Shown one piece after another: positions 28,365 to 36,567 of a DNA stretch of 44,605 nucleotides. The DNA comes from Dehalococcoidia bacterium (GTDB taxonomy: Bacteria > Chloroflexota > Dehalococcoidia > Lucifugimonadales > SHYF01). How positions within the stretch are numbered: the first letter of the stretch is position 1; each line of letters starts with the position of its first letter. A model generated the notes under the pieces. It was not told the origin of the DNA, ran no database searches, and saw only the letters and a program-made list of their open reading frames with translations. Made by a program: the position numbers and the translations under genes. The stretch is taken from assembly GCA_030651175.1 (NCBI GenBank), contig JAUSCR010000029.1, positions 1 through 44,605 on the forward strand. The letters run 5' to 3'.

Positions 28365-29348
28365 CTAAAACCCCGGCGGCGTGTCCACCGGCGTCACCCA
28401 ACCCTCCAACCGCTGTCCACGGCGCAGCGCGGCAAACTGCAAATCCTTGCCAACGCTTCCGCCCGTCAGCAGCCGGTGAACATGGTCTATGGTGGGAGTC
28501 GGCTGGCCATCAAGCTGGATGAGGAGGTCGCCCTGCTGGATGCCCGCCTTCTCCGCTGGACCGCCCGACGCCACGGCGGAGATGAGAACACCGCTCTGCT
28601 GGCCGTCCACTCCTCCGCCTAGCTGCCCCTGCCCGTTGGCGGGTTGCAAGCGCATCGTCTGGGCGGCGATGCCCAGGTATCCGCGAGAGACATGTCCCTG
28701 CTTCATGAGGGCTGTGCTCACCCACTTGGCCGTGTTGATGGGCACGGAGAAACATATCCCCTGAGCGTGCTGGATTACGGCTGTGTTCATGCCTATGACA
28801 TGGCCCAGGGTGTTGACCAGTGGCCCGCCGCTGCTGCCGGGGTTCAACGCCGCATCCGTCTGGATAATGTTGTCTATCAGCCGCCCTGTCTGGCTGCGCA
28901 GGGACCTTCCCAGGGCGCTCACAACGCCCGCCGTGACTGTGGCCTGAAGTCCGAACGGATTGCCGATGGCTATTACAAGCTCGCCGACCCGCAGGGCGTC
29001 GGAGTCCCCCAGATCAAGCATTGGAAGGCCCGACGCGCCCACCCGCAACACAGCGATGTCGGTATCAGGGTCGTCGCCCACCACCTCGGCCCCGTAGGTA
29101 GCGCCGTTGGGAAAGGCCACATCCAGATGGGGCATCCCGTGAGCAACGTGGCTGTTAGTCAAGACGAAGCCATCGGGAGCAATGACGAAGCCGGAAGCGG
29201 AGCCCTGGAGCTGCCAGGGTTCATGGCCACGACGGCGCGGAGGCTCCTGGCGCTGAAAGTTGATGCTCACCACCCCCGCCCCCACCCGCTCCACCAGGTC
29301 GGCCAGCGCCTGCGAGTAGGCCCGTAGAACCTCTCTTCCTTCCTGCAT
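28365..29348 (-). CDS. HtrA/DegP-family trypsin-like serine protease with a C-terminal PDZ domain
   Basis: Catalytic triad contexts TNSHVAHG, DTDIAVLRV and NPGSSGGPLVN. PDZ segment GVLISAVASGGPAEKAGIQQGDLLIQLDG. ATG 29348 (CAGGAGTA RBS) is preferred over 29444. Confidence 0.85.
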   Translation of the reverse strand: MQEGREVLRAYSQALADLVERVGAGVVSINFQRQEPPRRRGHEPWQLQGSASGFVIAPDGFVLTNSHVAHGMPHLDVAFPNGATYGAEVVGDDPDTDIAVLRVGASGLPMLDLGDSDALRVGELVIAIGNPFGLQATVTAGVVSALGRSLRSQTGRLIDNIIQTDAALNPGSSGGPLVNTLGHVIGMNTAVIQHAQGICFSVPINTAKWVSTALMKQGHVSRGYLGIAAQTMRLQPANGQGQLGGGVDGQQSGVLISAVASGGPAEKAGIQQGDLLIQLDGQPTPTIDHVHRLLTGGSVGKDLQFAALRRGQRLEGWVTPVDTPPGF

Positions 29349-29440
29349 GCGGTACTCCTGGCAGGTTGCTGAACCCCGACACGTCGTGGCGACTATCCCC
29401 TGTGCCAGTTCCTGGGGGCTTGTCCCAAAAGAGCTTGACC

Positions 29441-29553
29441 TCACCCCCTGTGTCCCCCTCTCCGCGTCGGAGAGGGGGAGTTTTGAATCTGGGGGATACC
29501 CCCAGACCCCCAGAGGGAACCGAGGTTCCCTGCACCCTCCTGACTTTTCAGGC
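29441..29553 (-). repeat. Family-A composite repeat, copy 9 (reverse orientation, variant stems)
   Basis: The plus strand reads H3' CCCCCTCTCCGCGTCGGAGAGGGGG, H2 CTGGGGGATACCCCCAG, H1' GAGGGAACCGAGGTTCCCTG. Begins 8 nt downstream of the jag stop. Confidence 0.75.
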
Positions 29554-29561
29554 GGCTCCGC

Positions 29562-30206
29562 CTACCGCTGTCCCTTGCCCAGCCTTACGGTTATCTTCCT
29601 GCCCTGGCCCTCGCCGGTGCTCTCAGTGGTAACGTAAGGGTGATTGGCCAGAGCCATGTGAATTATCCTTCGTTCTGACGCCGACATAGGCTCCAACGTG
29701 ACAGACCGGCCGCTGGACACCACCCGCTCGGCTACGCGGCTGGCCAGGGTCTGGAGGGCCTGGCTGCGTCGTTCCTTGTATTGCTCCACGTCTATGATCA
29801 CGGGGAGATGTCCCCGGCTCTTCTGATTGAGGACCAGATTTACCAGGAACTGGAACGCATTGAGCGTTTCACCCCGCTTGCCTATAAGCAGGCCGGAGTC
29901 CTCGCCATCAATGTCAATGGTGGGCCCGATCTCTGCGTCGCCAGAGGAACGGACGGTAGCCACGGCGGACACTTCAAGGTGCGAAAGCACAGTGTTGACC
30001 GCTTCTATGGCCTGAGAGGCCAGACTTTCGGTAGGCGAGAGCCGAGTTACCCGGACCCTGGCATCCTCACCACCTATGCCAAAGAAGCCCGGGCGGCCCT
30101 GGCTAACTACCTCGATGGCGACTTCCGCGCGTTCGGCGTCGAGCTCCTTTAGGGCGAGTTCGACGGCTTCCTCTAGTGTCTTGGCGCTCATCTCTACTTT
30201 GTCCAT
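29562..30206 (-). CDS. jag: Jag/KhpB-type RNA-binding protein (Jag_N, KH and R3H domains)
   Basis: 214 aa with an R3H region, LEPMSASERRIIHMALANHPYVTTESTGEG. Position immediately after yidC is conserved. GAGGAGA RBS 9 nt upstream of ATG 30206. Confidence 0.85.
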   Translation of the reverse strand: MDKVEMSAKTLEEAVELALKELDAERAEVAIEVVSQGRPGFFGIGGEDARVRVTRLSPTESLASQAIEAVNTVLSHLEVSAVATVRSSGDAEIGPTIDIDGEDSGLLIGKRGETLNAFQFLVNLVLNQKSRGHLPVIIDVEQYKERRSQALQTLASRVAERVVSSGRSVTLEPMSASERRIIHMALANHPYVTTESTGEGQGRKITVRLGKGQR

Positions 30207-31029
30207 TGCTCACTGTCTCCTCGTCTTGGGTAGAATCTGGGTTATCTTGAGCTGCGCCCACGCCCGCAGCCACGGCAACTGGTTTGGTTCGGGAAGGTAT
30301 AAGGCCTGCCCAGCCCGTTACAAAGTACTGGATAACTATGCCAATAAGGTTGGATACGAACCAGTAGATCGGCAGTCCACTGGGCAATGTAAGTGTGAAG
30401 AAACCGAACATGAAAGGCATCATCCAAAGCATCATCTGGTTGGTGGAGCGTTGGCGAGGGTCCGCGGACAGCGGCGTGCTCATTTTTTGCATTACCCACA
30501 TGGACGCGCCTACCAGGAAAGCAACTGCATAGTTCAGTGGAGGTGCGCCTGGGGTCGAAAGGTCCAAACCCAGGAACATGCTATTCAAAGGCACAACCTT
30601 GTGAACCACGGGTATCCAAGAGTAGAGATGGCTGGCAAGGCCCGCCAGAGACTCCGGGTTGGTGGGAAGCACCTGGACTATAGCCAGGTAAAGGCCAATC
30701 CATATTGGGAACTGGATCACCATCGGGCCCAGACACCCAATGGGGTTCACCCCTGCTTCCTTGTAAAGACGCATTGTCTCCTGAGAGAGGCGCGCCTTGT
30801 CTTTGGCATACCGTTTCTGTGCGGCCTGAAGCTTGGGCTGGATCGCCGACATCTTCTGGGTGGAGCGTATCTGTCGCAGGGCCAGGGGCAGTGTAACCAG
30901 ACGTATAAGAATCGTGAACAGTATGATGGTTATGCCGAAGTTGCGGCCGGTCACTGCGTACAACAGCACCAGCCCATTCAACATGGGGTCGAATATCAGT
31001 CCATTCCAAAGCAGCGAGATGAATTCCAT
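30103..31029 (-). CDS. yidC: Membrane protein insertase YidC (short, Oxa1-like form)
   Basis: 308 aa with FGITIILFTILIRLVTLPL, QPKLQAAQKRYAKDK, YKEAGVNP and SGLPIYWFVSNLIGIVIQY, plus a basic C-terminal tail. The 3' end overlaps jag by 104 nt. Confidence 0.9.
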   Translation of the reverse strand: MEFISLLWNGLIFDPMLNGLVLLYAVTGRNFGITIILFTILIRLVTLPLALRQIRSTQKMSAIQPKLQAAQKRYAKDKARLSQETMRLYKEAGVNPIGCLGPMVIQFPIWIGLYLAIVQVLPTNPESLAGLASHLYSWIPVVHKVVPLNSMFLGLDLSTPGAPPLNYAVAFLVGASMWVMQKMSTPLSADPRQRSTNQMMLWMMPFMFGFFTLTLPSGLPIYWFVSNLIGIVIQYFVTGWAGLIPSRTKPVAVAAGVGAAQDNPDSTQDEETVSNGQSRDERQDTRGSRRTRPKGARRRTRGSRHRGS

Positions 31030-31045
31030 GAGTTTTAGCCTGGCC

Positions 31046-32137
31046 CTACTCTTTTGTGACGGTACTGATCTCCCACACCTTCTCCTGTCTACCTGTCACC
31101 CGCCAGGCCCACACCCTATTGTCCATGGCATTGATGTAGACTATCCCATCCCGGGCCGTCAGCGGCGCTCTGACCTGCGCCCCAACATTGAAACTACTGA
31201 CCTGCGCCCCCGTCTCGGCGGAAAGGACCTGAATGAAGCCGGCGTCCGAGGTGACAACTATCTTGTCTCCCACCAGCACAGGAGCAGAAATGGTGGAGCT
31301 ACCCAGGCTAAACTCCCACCGCTTGGCGCCGCTTCTCATATCCAGGGCATACACCTTGCCATCCGTGGCGGCGGCGTAAACACGCTTGCCGTCTGTGACC
31401 GGATTGCTCCAGAACCAGGCACTCCCCTGAAAGCGCCACGCCTCTTTGCCCGTGGCGGCGTCCACGGCGTAGAAGACGCGATCAAAGGAGCCAAAGAACA
31501 CCTTGCCATCCGCAACCAGGGGTGATGCGACTATGGCTCCACCTGCCTCAAAAGGGGCTGACCACTTGGGCTTCCCATTGGCCAGGGAGAGCGCATAGAC
31601 GTGGTGGCCCAAGGAACCCACGTATACTGTGTCCCCCACCACTGTGGGCGTGGACCACACCATGCCTTCTGTCGCGAACTCCCACTCCTGTACGCCCTTA
31701 TCTTTCAGTAGTGCCCTCAAATGTTTATCTGAGGAGCCGAAGATAACCAGGTCGCCGGCCACAGTGGGTCCGCCGACTATCTGGCCGATCTTGCTCTCAT
31801 CCTGAGGATACTGCCACCGCTTATTGAGGTTCGTTGCGTCCAGGGCGTATAGCTTGCCCTGGTAGTCCCCCACGAACAGAATGCCATCGGCCAGCGCAGG
31901 AGTACCGTAGATACCCTTCAGCGACTCCTTCTCATCAGCAGGGAAACTGACCCGCCGGTTTCCTGTGGTAGCGTCCATGGCAAGCAGCTTGCCCTCCCGG
32001 GAGCCCAGATACACCGTCTCGCCGGAAACCAGAGGCGCTGCCCAACCCCCCGTGGCGGCAAACTGGCTACTACCTATGCAACCTACGAGGAGTAACGAGC
32101 TAAAGGCTACCAAAAGAAGCAGAGAGGATGCTTTCAT
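31046..32137 (-). CDS. PQQ-like (BamB-type) beta-propeller repeat lipoprotein
   Basis: 363 aa. Lipoprotein signal MKASSLLLLVAFSSLLLVGC (lipobox LVGC). Repeated ...G.VY.GS.DG.LYALDA.TG...W.. blades. Confidence 0.75.
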   Translation of the reverse strand: MKASSLLLLVAFSSLLLVGCIGSSQFAATGGWAAPLVSGETVYLGSREGKLLAMDATTGNRRVSFPADEKESLKGIYGTPALADGILFVGDYQGKLYALDATNLNKRWQYPQDESKIGQIVGGPTVAGDLVIFGSSDKHLRALLKDKGVQEWEFATEGMVWSTPTVVGDTVYVGSLGHHVYALSLANGKPKWSAPFEAGGAIVASPLVADGKVFFGSFDRVFYAVDAATGKEAWRFQGSAWFWSNPVTDGKRVYAAATDGKVYALDMRSGAKRWEFSLGSSTISAPVLVGDKIVVTSDAGFIQVLSAETGAQVSSFNVGAQVRAPLTARDGIVYINAMDNRVWAWRVTGRQEKVWEISTVTKE

Positions 32138-32219
32138 TTACACCTGCGTACAAAATGGGATTGCCTTACAAACCGGCCATCCCCATGTTCTTTCTAGCAA
32201 TGACGCTCCAGGAAACTCT

Positions 32220-32519
32220 TCACGCTACCGAACAGTTTTCCCCAATAGCCAGGTCTTCAGGGTCTATGGAGCTGTTAACCTGAGCACCCGGACGGGGAAG
32301 GTGTTCCAGATTGGGGACAGGATCATAGCCGGAACCTCCCAGAGGCCGGCAACGCGCAAGCCGCCGCAACGCCAGCCAACCACCCTTCCAAACACCGTAG
32401 CGCAGGACAGCTTCATAGGCGTAGTCAGAACAGGTGGGTGAGTAGCGACACGCGGCGGGCCAGTAGGGTGAAAACGCCCGTTGGTACAACCGAATAAGGG
32501 CAAGAGCAGGCTGCTTCAT
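32220..32519 (-). CDS. yidD: Membrane protein insertion efficiency factor YidD
   Basis: [62 protein letters not shown] is the YidD signature. ATG 32519 forms an ATGA overlap with the rnpA stop. Confidence 0.9.
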   Translation of the reverse strand: MKQPALALIRLYQRAFSPYWPAACRYSPTCSDYAYEAVLRYGVWKGGWLALRRLARCRPLGGSGYDPVPNLEHLPRPGAQVNSSIDPEDLAIGENCSVA

Positions 32520-32788
32520 TCGGATTCCTTCATATCGTCGCACAGCACCCGTGCCCTCCGCAGCAGTTCGTACGCAGCTCCCTGCGCCTGATTGAAGTCT
32601 GCCTGAGCCACTGGCCCGCGAGCAATGAACACCATGTCCCAGCCATCCTGCAAATCCGCCTGGCGAACGACCTCTCTTAGTCTACGTTTCACGCGGTTCC
32701 GTATCACAGCGTTGCCCACCCGCTTGCTAATGGAGAATCCTACCCGGCTGGTGGGCATCCCATTTGGCCGCGCCTTCAGCACTAGCAA
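32516..32788 (-). CDS. rnpA: Ribonuclease P protein component. These are the minimal coordinates from TTG 32788; the true start is probably upstream at a non-canonical codon.
   Basis: [27 protein letters not shown] is the RnpA RNR motif. The in-frame upstream sequence (to 32923) encodes RLRKRADFQVLLSEGKSWANR, the conserved RnpA N-terminus. It contains no ATG, GTG or TTG. Only CTG 32911 and ATA 32878 are available as near-cognate starts. Confidence 0.8.
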   Translation of the reverse strand: MLVLKARPNGMPTSRVGFSISKRVGNAVIRNRVKRRLREVVRQADLQDGWDMVFIARGPVAQADFNQAQGAAYELLRRARVLCDDMKESE

Positions 32789-32915
32789 CCGGTTGGCCCA
32801 ACTCTTGCCTTCACTCAGAAGAACCTGAAAGTCTGCCCTCTTCCTGAGCCGGCGGTCTTGGCCCCAAGGGTGGCGTATGGATGGGTGGGAGGCACGCTGT
32901 ACGGGACGCAGCGGA

Positions 32916-33053
32916 CTATACCGTCAGCCGGTGCCGACCCTTAAAGCGCCTTCGGTGCAGCACCTCACGCCCTCCTGCGGTCTGCATTCGGGAGCGAAAG
33001 CCGTGCACGCGTGCTCGATGGCGTCTGTGGGGTTGGTAGGTTCGCTTAGGCAT
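32916..33053 (-). CDS. rpmH: 50S ribosomal protein L34
   Basis: Hand-translated 45-aa ORF, absent from the ORF track because it is under 60 aa: [45 protein letters not shown]. It has the classic L34 pattern and the classic position upstream of rnpA. Confidence 0.9.
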   Translation of the reverse strand: MPKRTYQPHRRHRARVHGFRSRMQTAGGREVLHRRRFKGRHRLTV

Positions 33054-33077
33054 CTACGTAACTTGTCCAGTGCAGCC

Positions 33078-33106
33078 ATTATACGTAGCCGCCTTCGGAG
33101 TGTCAA
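33078..33106 (-). promoter_or_regulatory. Perfect-consensus sigma70 promoter of the rpmH-rnpA-yidD operon
   Basis: The minus strand reads TTGACA (33106-33101), 17-nt spacer, TATAAT (33083-33078), 24 nt upstream of the rpmH ATG. Confidence 0.7.
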
Positions 33107-33231
33107 ACGGGCCATCATCCCAGTTTGGGCAGGTTATATGGACACCTGAGCGACAGTAGCGCCAAGAGGGCGTTAGAGGTAACATCTTGTGCAAAGCTGG
33201 TTGGAACCAGAAGCCATCCTAGGTAAGTGCC

Positions 33232-33966
33232 ATGCCACGCCCAGACAAAAAAGCGAGAATTGACCTGCTGCTGGTGGAACGCGGCCAGGCGGAGAGCCAG
33301 CAGCGGGCCCAGGCTCTCTTAATGGCTGGACAGGTCACGGTGGACGGCCGCCTGGTGGATAAGGCAGGTGCCCTGGTCAGCCGAGGCGCCAAAGTGGAAG
33401 TGGAGATGCCGCCGCTCTACGTAGGCCGGGGCGGCATCAAGCTAGCCCACGCTCTTCAGACGTTCGCCTTGAAGGTGGAAGGGGCGACAGCGTTAGACGT
33501 AGGATCCTCCACGGGCGGCTTCACCGATTGCCTCCTTCAGCACGGCGCTTCCCGTGTCTACGCATTGGACGTGGGCTATGGCCAACTCGACCTGCGTCTG
33601 CGGCAGGACCTCAGAGTCGTAGTGAAGGAGCGGGTGAACGCCCGATACTCATTTGAACTGCCTGAGATGGTAGACCTGGCCACTGTGGACGTCTCCTTCA
33701 TCTCGCTGGCCAAGGTGTTGCCTTCGGTGGCGGAACACGTGAAGAGCGGCGGGCACATGATAGTTTTGGCGAAGCCCCAATTCGAGGCGCAACGCCGCCA
33801 GGTGGGCAAAGGGGGCGTGGTGCGCGACCCCGCCATCCATGCGGATGTGTTGGCGCGGCTGATTGTGTGGGCCACGCACCACCGTTTCAGGCTGCGGGGA
33901 TTGACGCCCTCGCCCTTGCTGGGAGACGCAGGCAACCGGGAGTTCTTCTTGCTGCTGGAGACATAG
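33232..33966 (+). CDS. tlyA: TlyA-family rRNA (cytidine-2'-O)-methyltransferase (S4 and FtsJ-like domains)
   Basis: 244 aa. S4 domain RIDLLLVERGQAESQQRAQALLMAGQVTVDGRLVDKAG. SAM motif ALDVGSSTGGFTDCLLQHGA. C-terminal GNREFFLL. Confidence 0.9.
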   Translation: MPRPDKKARIDLLLVERGQAESQQRAQALLMAGQVTVDGRLVDKAGALVSRGAKVEVEMPPLYVGRGGIKLAHALQTFALKVEGATALDVGSSTGGFTDCLLQHGASRVYALDVGYGQLDLRLRQDLRVVVKERVNARYSFELPEMVDLATVDVSFISLAKVLPSVAEHVKSGGHMIVLAKPQFEAQRRQVGKGGVVRDPAIHADVLARLIVWATHHRFRLRGLTPSPLLGDAGNREFFLLLET

Positions 33967-33972
33967 CAGGGC

Positions 33973-34106
33973 GATGAACAACTCCCTCGACCATCCCCCT
34001 GGCCCCCTTCCTGGCCAGGAAGGGGGGTGAGAAGTATATCTGGGAGATACCCCCAGTCCCCCACCAAAGGGGCTTCGCCCCTCTGGACTCCGATTTTTGA
34101 GCAGCC
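33973..34106 (-). repeat. Family-A composite repeat, copy 10 (reverse orientation, canonical stems)
   Basis: The plus strand reads the reverse complement of the tail (CCTCGACCATCCCC), H3 CCCCCTTCCTGGCCAGGAAGGGGGG, H2 CTGGGAGATACCCCCAG, H1 AGGGGCTTCGCCCCT, then GGACTCC and TTTTTGAGCAGCC. This is the only copy opposed to the upstream gene. Confidence 0.9.
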
Positions 34107-34113
34107 GGTTCGT

Positions 34114-34142
34114 TTGACCCTCCATGAATGGCGGGGTATAAT
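34114..34142 (+). promoter_or_regulatory. Near-consensus sigma70-type promoter of purF
   Basis: TTGACC (34114-34119), 17-nt spacer, TATAAT (34137-34142), 28 nt upstream of the TTG start at 34171. Confidence 0.6.
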
Positions 34143-34170
34143 AATCACGCAATTTGCCCGGGGGTGATGT

Positions 34171-35613
34171 TTGACGCCGTTTGCAGAACCCCAAAAAAGG
34201 GCGGAGACGGTGGAAGACGACTCCCTCCACGAGGCCTGTGGCATAGTCGGCGTGTATGCTCCAGGGCAGAACGTAGCCCAGGTCGCTTTCTACGGCCTCT
34301 ACGCCTTGCAGCATCGAGGCCAGGAGAGCGCGGGAATTGCTACAGCCACGGGCAAACGCATCCACCACTACACATCCATGGGCCTGGTGTCCCAGGCGTT
34401 CCGCGAAAGCGACCTGAAGCGCCTGGAAGGGCACATCGCCATAGGCCACACGCGCTACTCCACTACCGGGTCCACCCGTATCCAGAACGCCCAGCCTATT
34501 ATGGTACGCAACGGTGAAACTGAGCTGGCCCTGGCCCATAACGGCAACGTCATCAACGCCCAGGAGCTCCGCAGAGAGCTAAGCGAAATGGGCTGCAACT
34601 TCACCTCCAGCACCGACTCGGAGGTCCTGGCCTGCCTTCTGGCCTACGCGCCCAGCGAGGAGTGGCCAGAAAAGGTCGGCTACATGATGCGCCGAGCACG
34701 AGGGGCCTACTCCCTGGCGGTCTTGACGAAGGACACCCTCGTGGGCATTCGCGACCCATACGGCGTCCGCCCCCTCTGCCTGGGCAAGCTGGACGGCGGC
34801 TGGGTTATCGCGTCGGAGAGCTGCGCCCTGGACCACCTGGGTGCCCAGTATTTGCGCGAGGTGGACCCAGGCGAAACCGTTATCATAGATGAGAGGGGCC
34901 TCACCTCCGTGCCATATCGTGGCGAGCTTCCTCCTCCGGCTCCCTGCGTTTTCGAGTACATCTACTTCGCCCGCCCGGATAGCCTTTTGGGGGGCAATCT
35001 GACATACCTGTCCCGTCGAGCCATGGGCAGGCAGCTTGCTCGGGAGCACCCGGTAGAGGCGGACGTAGTTATTGGTATTCCTGATTCGGCTACAGCCGCC
35101 GCCGTGGGCTTCGCCCAGGAGTCCGGCATTCCCTACAGCGATGGCCTGGTGAGGAACCGGTACGTGGGCCGCACGTTCATTGAACCTGACCAGCGGTTCC
35201 GGGAGCTGGGCGTTCGGATGAAGTTCAACCCTCTGCCAGAGGTGATCAGCGGCAAACGCGTCGTGATTGTGGACGACAGCATAGTCCGGGGCACCACAAC
35301 CCCCCATGTGGTGGGCATGGTGCGCAAGGCCGGCGCTACGGAAATACACATGCGCGTCTGCGCGCCGCCTATCCGTTTCCCTTGCCATTTCGGTGTGGAC
35401 ATGGCCACCCGGCGGGAGCTCATAGCCGCCAACATGACTATCGATGAGATACGCCAGTTCATCGGCGCCGACAGCCTGGGCTACCTGAGCGTGGAGGGAT
35501 TGCTGAAGACCGTAGGGAGTAATGGCAACACCTTCTGCTCCGCCTGCTTCACCGGCAAGTACCCCATCCCCGTGCAACTGGAAATGGACAAGCTGGCCCT
35601 GGAGCGTCCGTAA
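34171..35613 (+). CDS. purF: Amidophosphoribosyltransferase (glutamine PRPP amidotransferase) with an N-terminal propeptide
   Basis: 480 aa with the Ntn catalytic ...HEACGIVGVY, the PRTase motif VVIVDDSIVRGTT and C-terminal Cys residues (CSACFTGKYP) consistent with the [4Fe-4S] type. Confidence 0.95.
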   Translation: MTPFAEPQKRAETVEDDSLHEACGIVGVYAPGQNVAQVAFYGLYALQHRGQESAGIATATGKRIHHYTSMGLVSQAFRESDLKRLEGHIAIGHTRYSTTGSTRIQNAQPIMVRNGETELALAHNGNVINAQELRRELSEMGCNFTSSTDSEVLACLLAYAPSEEWPEKVGYMMRRARGAYSLAVLTKDTLVGIRDPYGVRPLCLGKLDGGWVIASESCALDHLGAQYLREVDPGETVIIDERGLTSVPYRGELPPPAPCVFEYIYFARPDSLLGGNLTYLSRRAMGRQLAREHPVEADVVIGIPDSATAAAVGFAQESGIPYSDGLVRNRYVGRTFIEPDQRFRELGVRMKFNPLPEVISGKRVVIVDDSIVRGTTTPHVVGMVRKAGATEIHMRVCAPPIRFPCHFGVDMATRRELIAANMTIDEIRQFIGADSLGYLSVEGLLKTVGSNGNTFCSACFTGKYPIPVQLEMDKLALERP

Positions 35614-35660
35614 AAGCTATCTCTTTCCCATGCATGGAGTGCCGCACCATCCTTGAATCA

Positions 35661-35806
35661 GGGTGCAGGGGGCGAAGCCCCCGCTGGGGGTCTGGGGTCC
35701 GATGATGCTCTGCTCATCGAGATGCCGACTCCGTCGAGCGCCGACCTTGTCGAGCGTCCTCGACGGAGTCGGCATCTCGACAAAGCCGGAGGTATCCCCC
35801 AGATCC
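35661..35806 (+). repeat. Family-A composite repeat, copy 11 (H1 plus a split H2 carrying a nested long palindrome; no H3)
   Basis: H1 GGGGGCGAAGCCCCC. H2 left arm TCTGGGGT at 35691-35698 and right arm GGTATCCCCCAGAT at 35790-35803. Between them is a perfect 22-bp inverted repeat, 35717-35738 / 35759-35780. Confidence 0.8.
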
Positions 35807-35824
35807 TTATTTCTCATTGCCTGA

Positions 35825-35853
35825 TTGCAGCGCCCACGCGCTATGGGTATACT
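35825..35853 (+). promoter_or_regulatory. Candidate promoter of the vapBC module
   Basis: TTGCAG (35825-35830), 17-nt spacer, TATACT (35848-35853), 34 nt upstream of ATG 35888. Confidence 0.5.
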
Positions 35854-35887
35854 TTGTGTGAAATATTGTGGGACACGAGGTAATGAG

Positions 35888-36139
35888 ATGCGAACCCACC
35901 TTATCCTCCCAGAAGAGATGGTAAAGGAAGTAGACGCTTTGGTCGGGAAGCGTAAACGGAGCCAATTTGTGGGGGAAGCGGTGCGGGAGAAGCTGAGGCG
36001 AGAGAATCTACTGGCGGCTCTGGCGGCGACGGCAGGTATCCTCTCTGCTGAGGATTATCCCGAATGGGCTACTTCTGAAGAGGTCGCTGCTTGGGTGCAT
36101 GACATGCGCCAGCGGGATGACGAACGTTTGGAGAGGTGA
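35888..36139 (+). CDS. vapB: Ribbon-helix-helix (CopG/VapB-like) antitoxin
   Basis: 83 aa. N-terminus MRTHLILPEEMVKEVDALVGKRKRSQFVGEAVREKL is a typical RHH beta-strand plus helix. Sits immediately upstream of a PIN gene. The start at 35825 in the ORF track is unlikely because it lacks an RBS. Confidence 0.75.
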   Translation: MRTHLILPEEMVKEVDALVGKRKRSQFVGEAVREKLRRENLLAALAATAGILSAEDYPEWATSEEVAAWVHDMRQRDDERLER

Positions 36140-36143
36140 AGCA

Positions 36144-36530
36144 GTGACTCAGTACCTTCTGGACACTACAGCCATCGTCGACCATCTTCGCGGACGGCGA
36201 AGTGTAATTGACTTGCTGACCTCTCTAGGGCAAGCCGGTCATCGGCTTGGCGTCTGTTGCATCAGCATTGCAGAAGCGTACGCTGGCCTTCGTCCGCAGG
36301 ATAGGGCCAAGGCCGACCTTCTCATTCACGGTTTGGAATTCTCCAACATTAGCAGCGAGGCCGCCAAAACCGCTGGTAGGCTAAGATATGACTGGGCCAG
36401 GAGTGGAGTGACCCTACATATCACCGACGCCTTAATTGCCTCGGTAGCTATTGAAGAAAGGGCTACCTTGATTACTGCCAATGTGAAAGATTTCCCCATG
36501 CAAGAAGTTCATATCATGCCCCAACCTTAA
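36144..36530 (+). CDS. vapC: PIN-domain ribonuclease toxin (VapC family)
   Basis: YLLDTTAIVDHL (first acidic residue), ISIAEAYAG and HITDALIASVA (further conserved acidic/Thr positions). GTG 36144 is preceded by GGAGAGG. The alternative ATG 36117 would overlap vapB. Confidence 0.8.
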   Translation: MTQYLLDTTAIVDHLRGRRSVIDLLTSLGQAGHRLGVCCISIAEAYAGLRPQDRAKADLLIHGLEFSNISSEAAKTAGRLRYDWARSGVTLHITDALIASVAIEERATLITANVKDFPMQEVHIMPQP

Positions 36531-36567
36531 TGAATGCTTGCGGACATAACTTCAAGGAAGCTACGTT

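Noticed and set aside
33054-33231. Possible oriC / DnaA-box cluster next to rpmH. The rpmH-rnpA-yidC region is often origin-proximal.
   Set aside because: No TTATCCACA-type boxes or AT-rich unwinding element are seen, and no dnaA gene is adjacent. The spacer is explained by the rpmH promoter and the tlyA upstream region.
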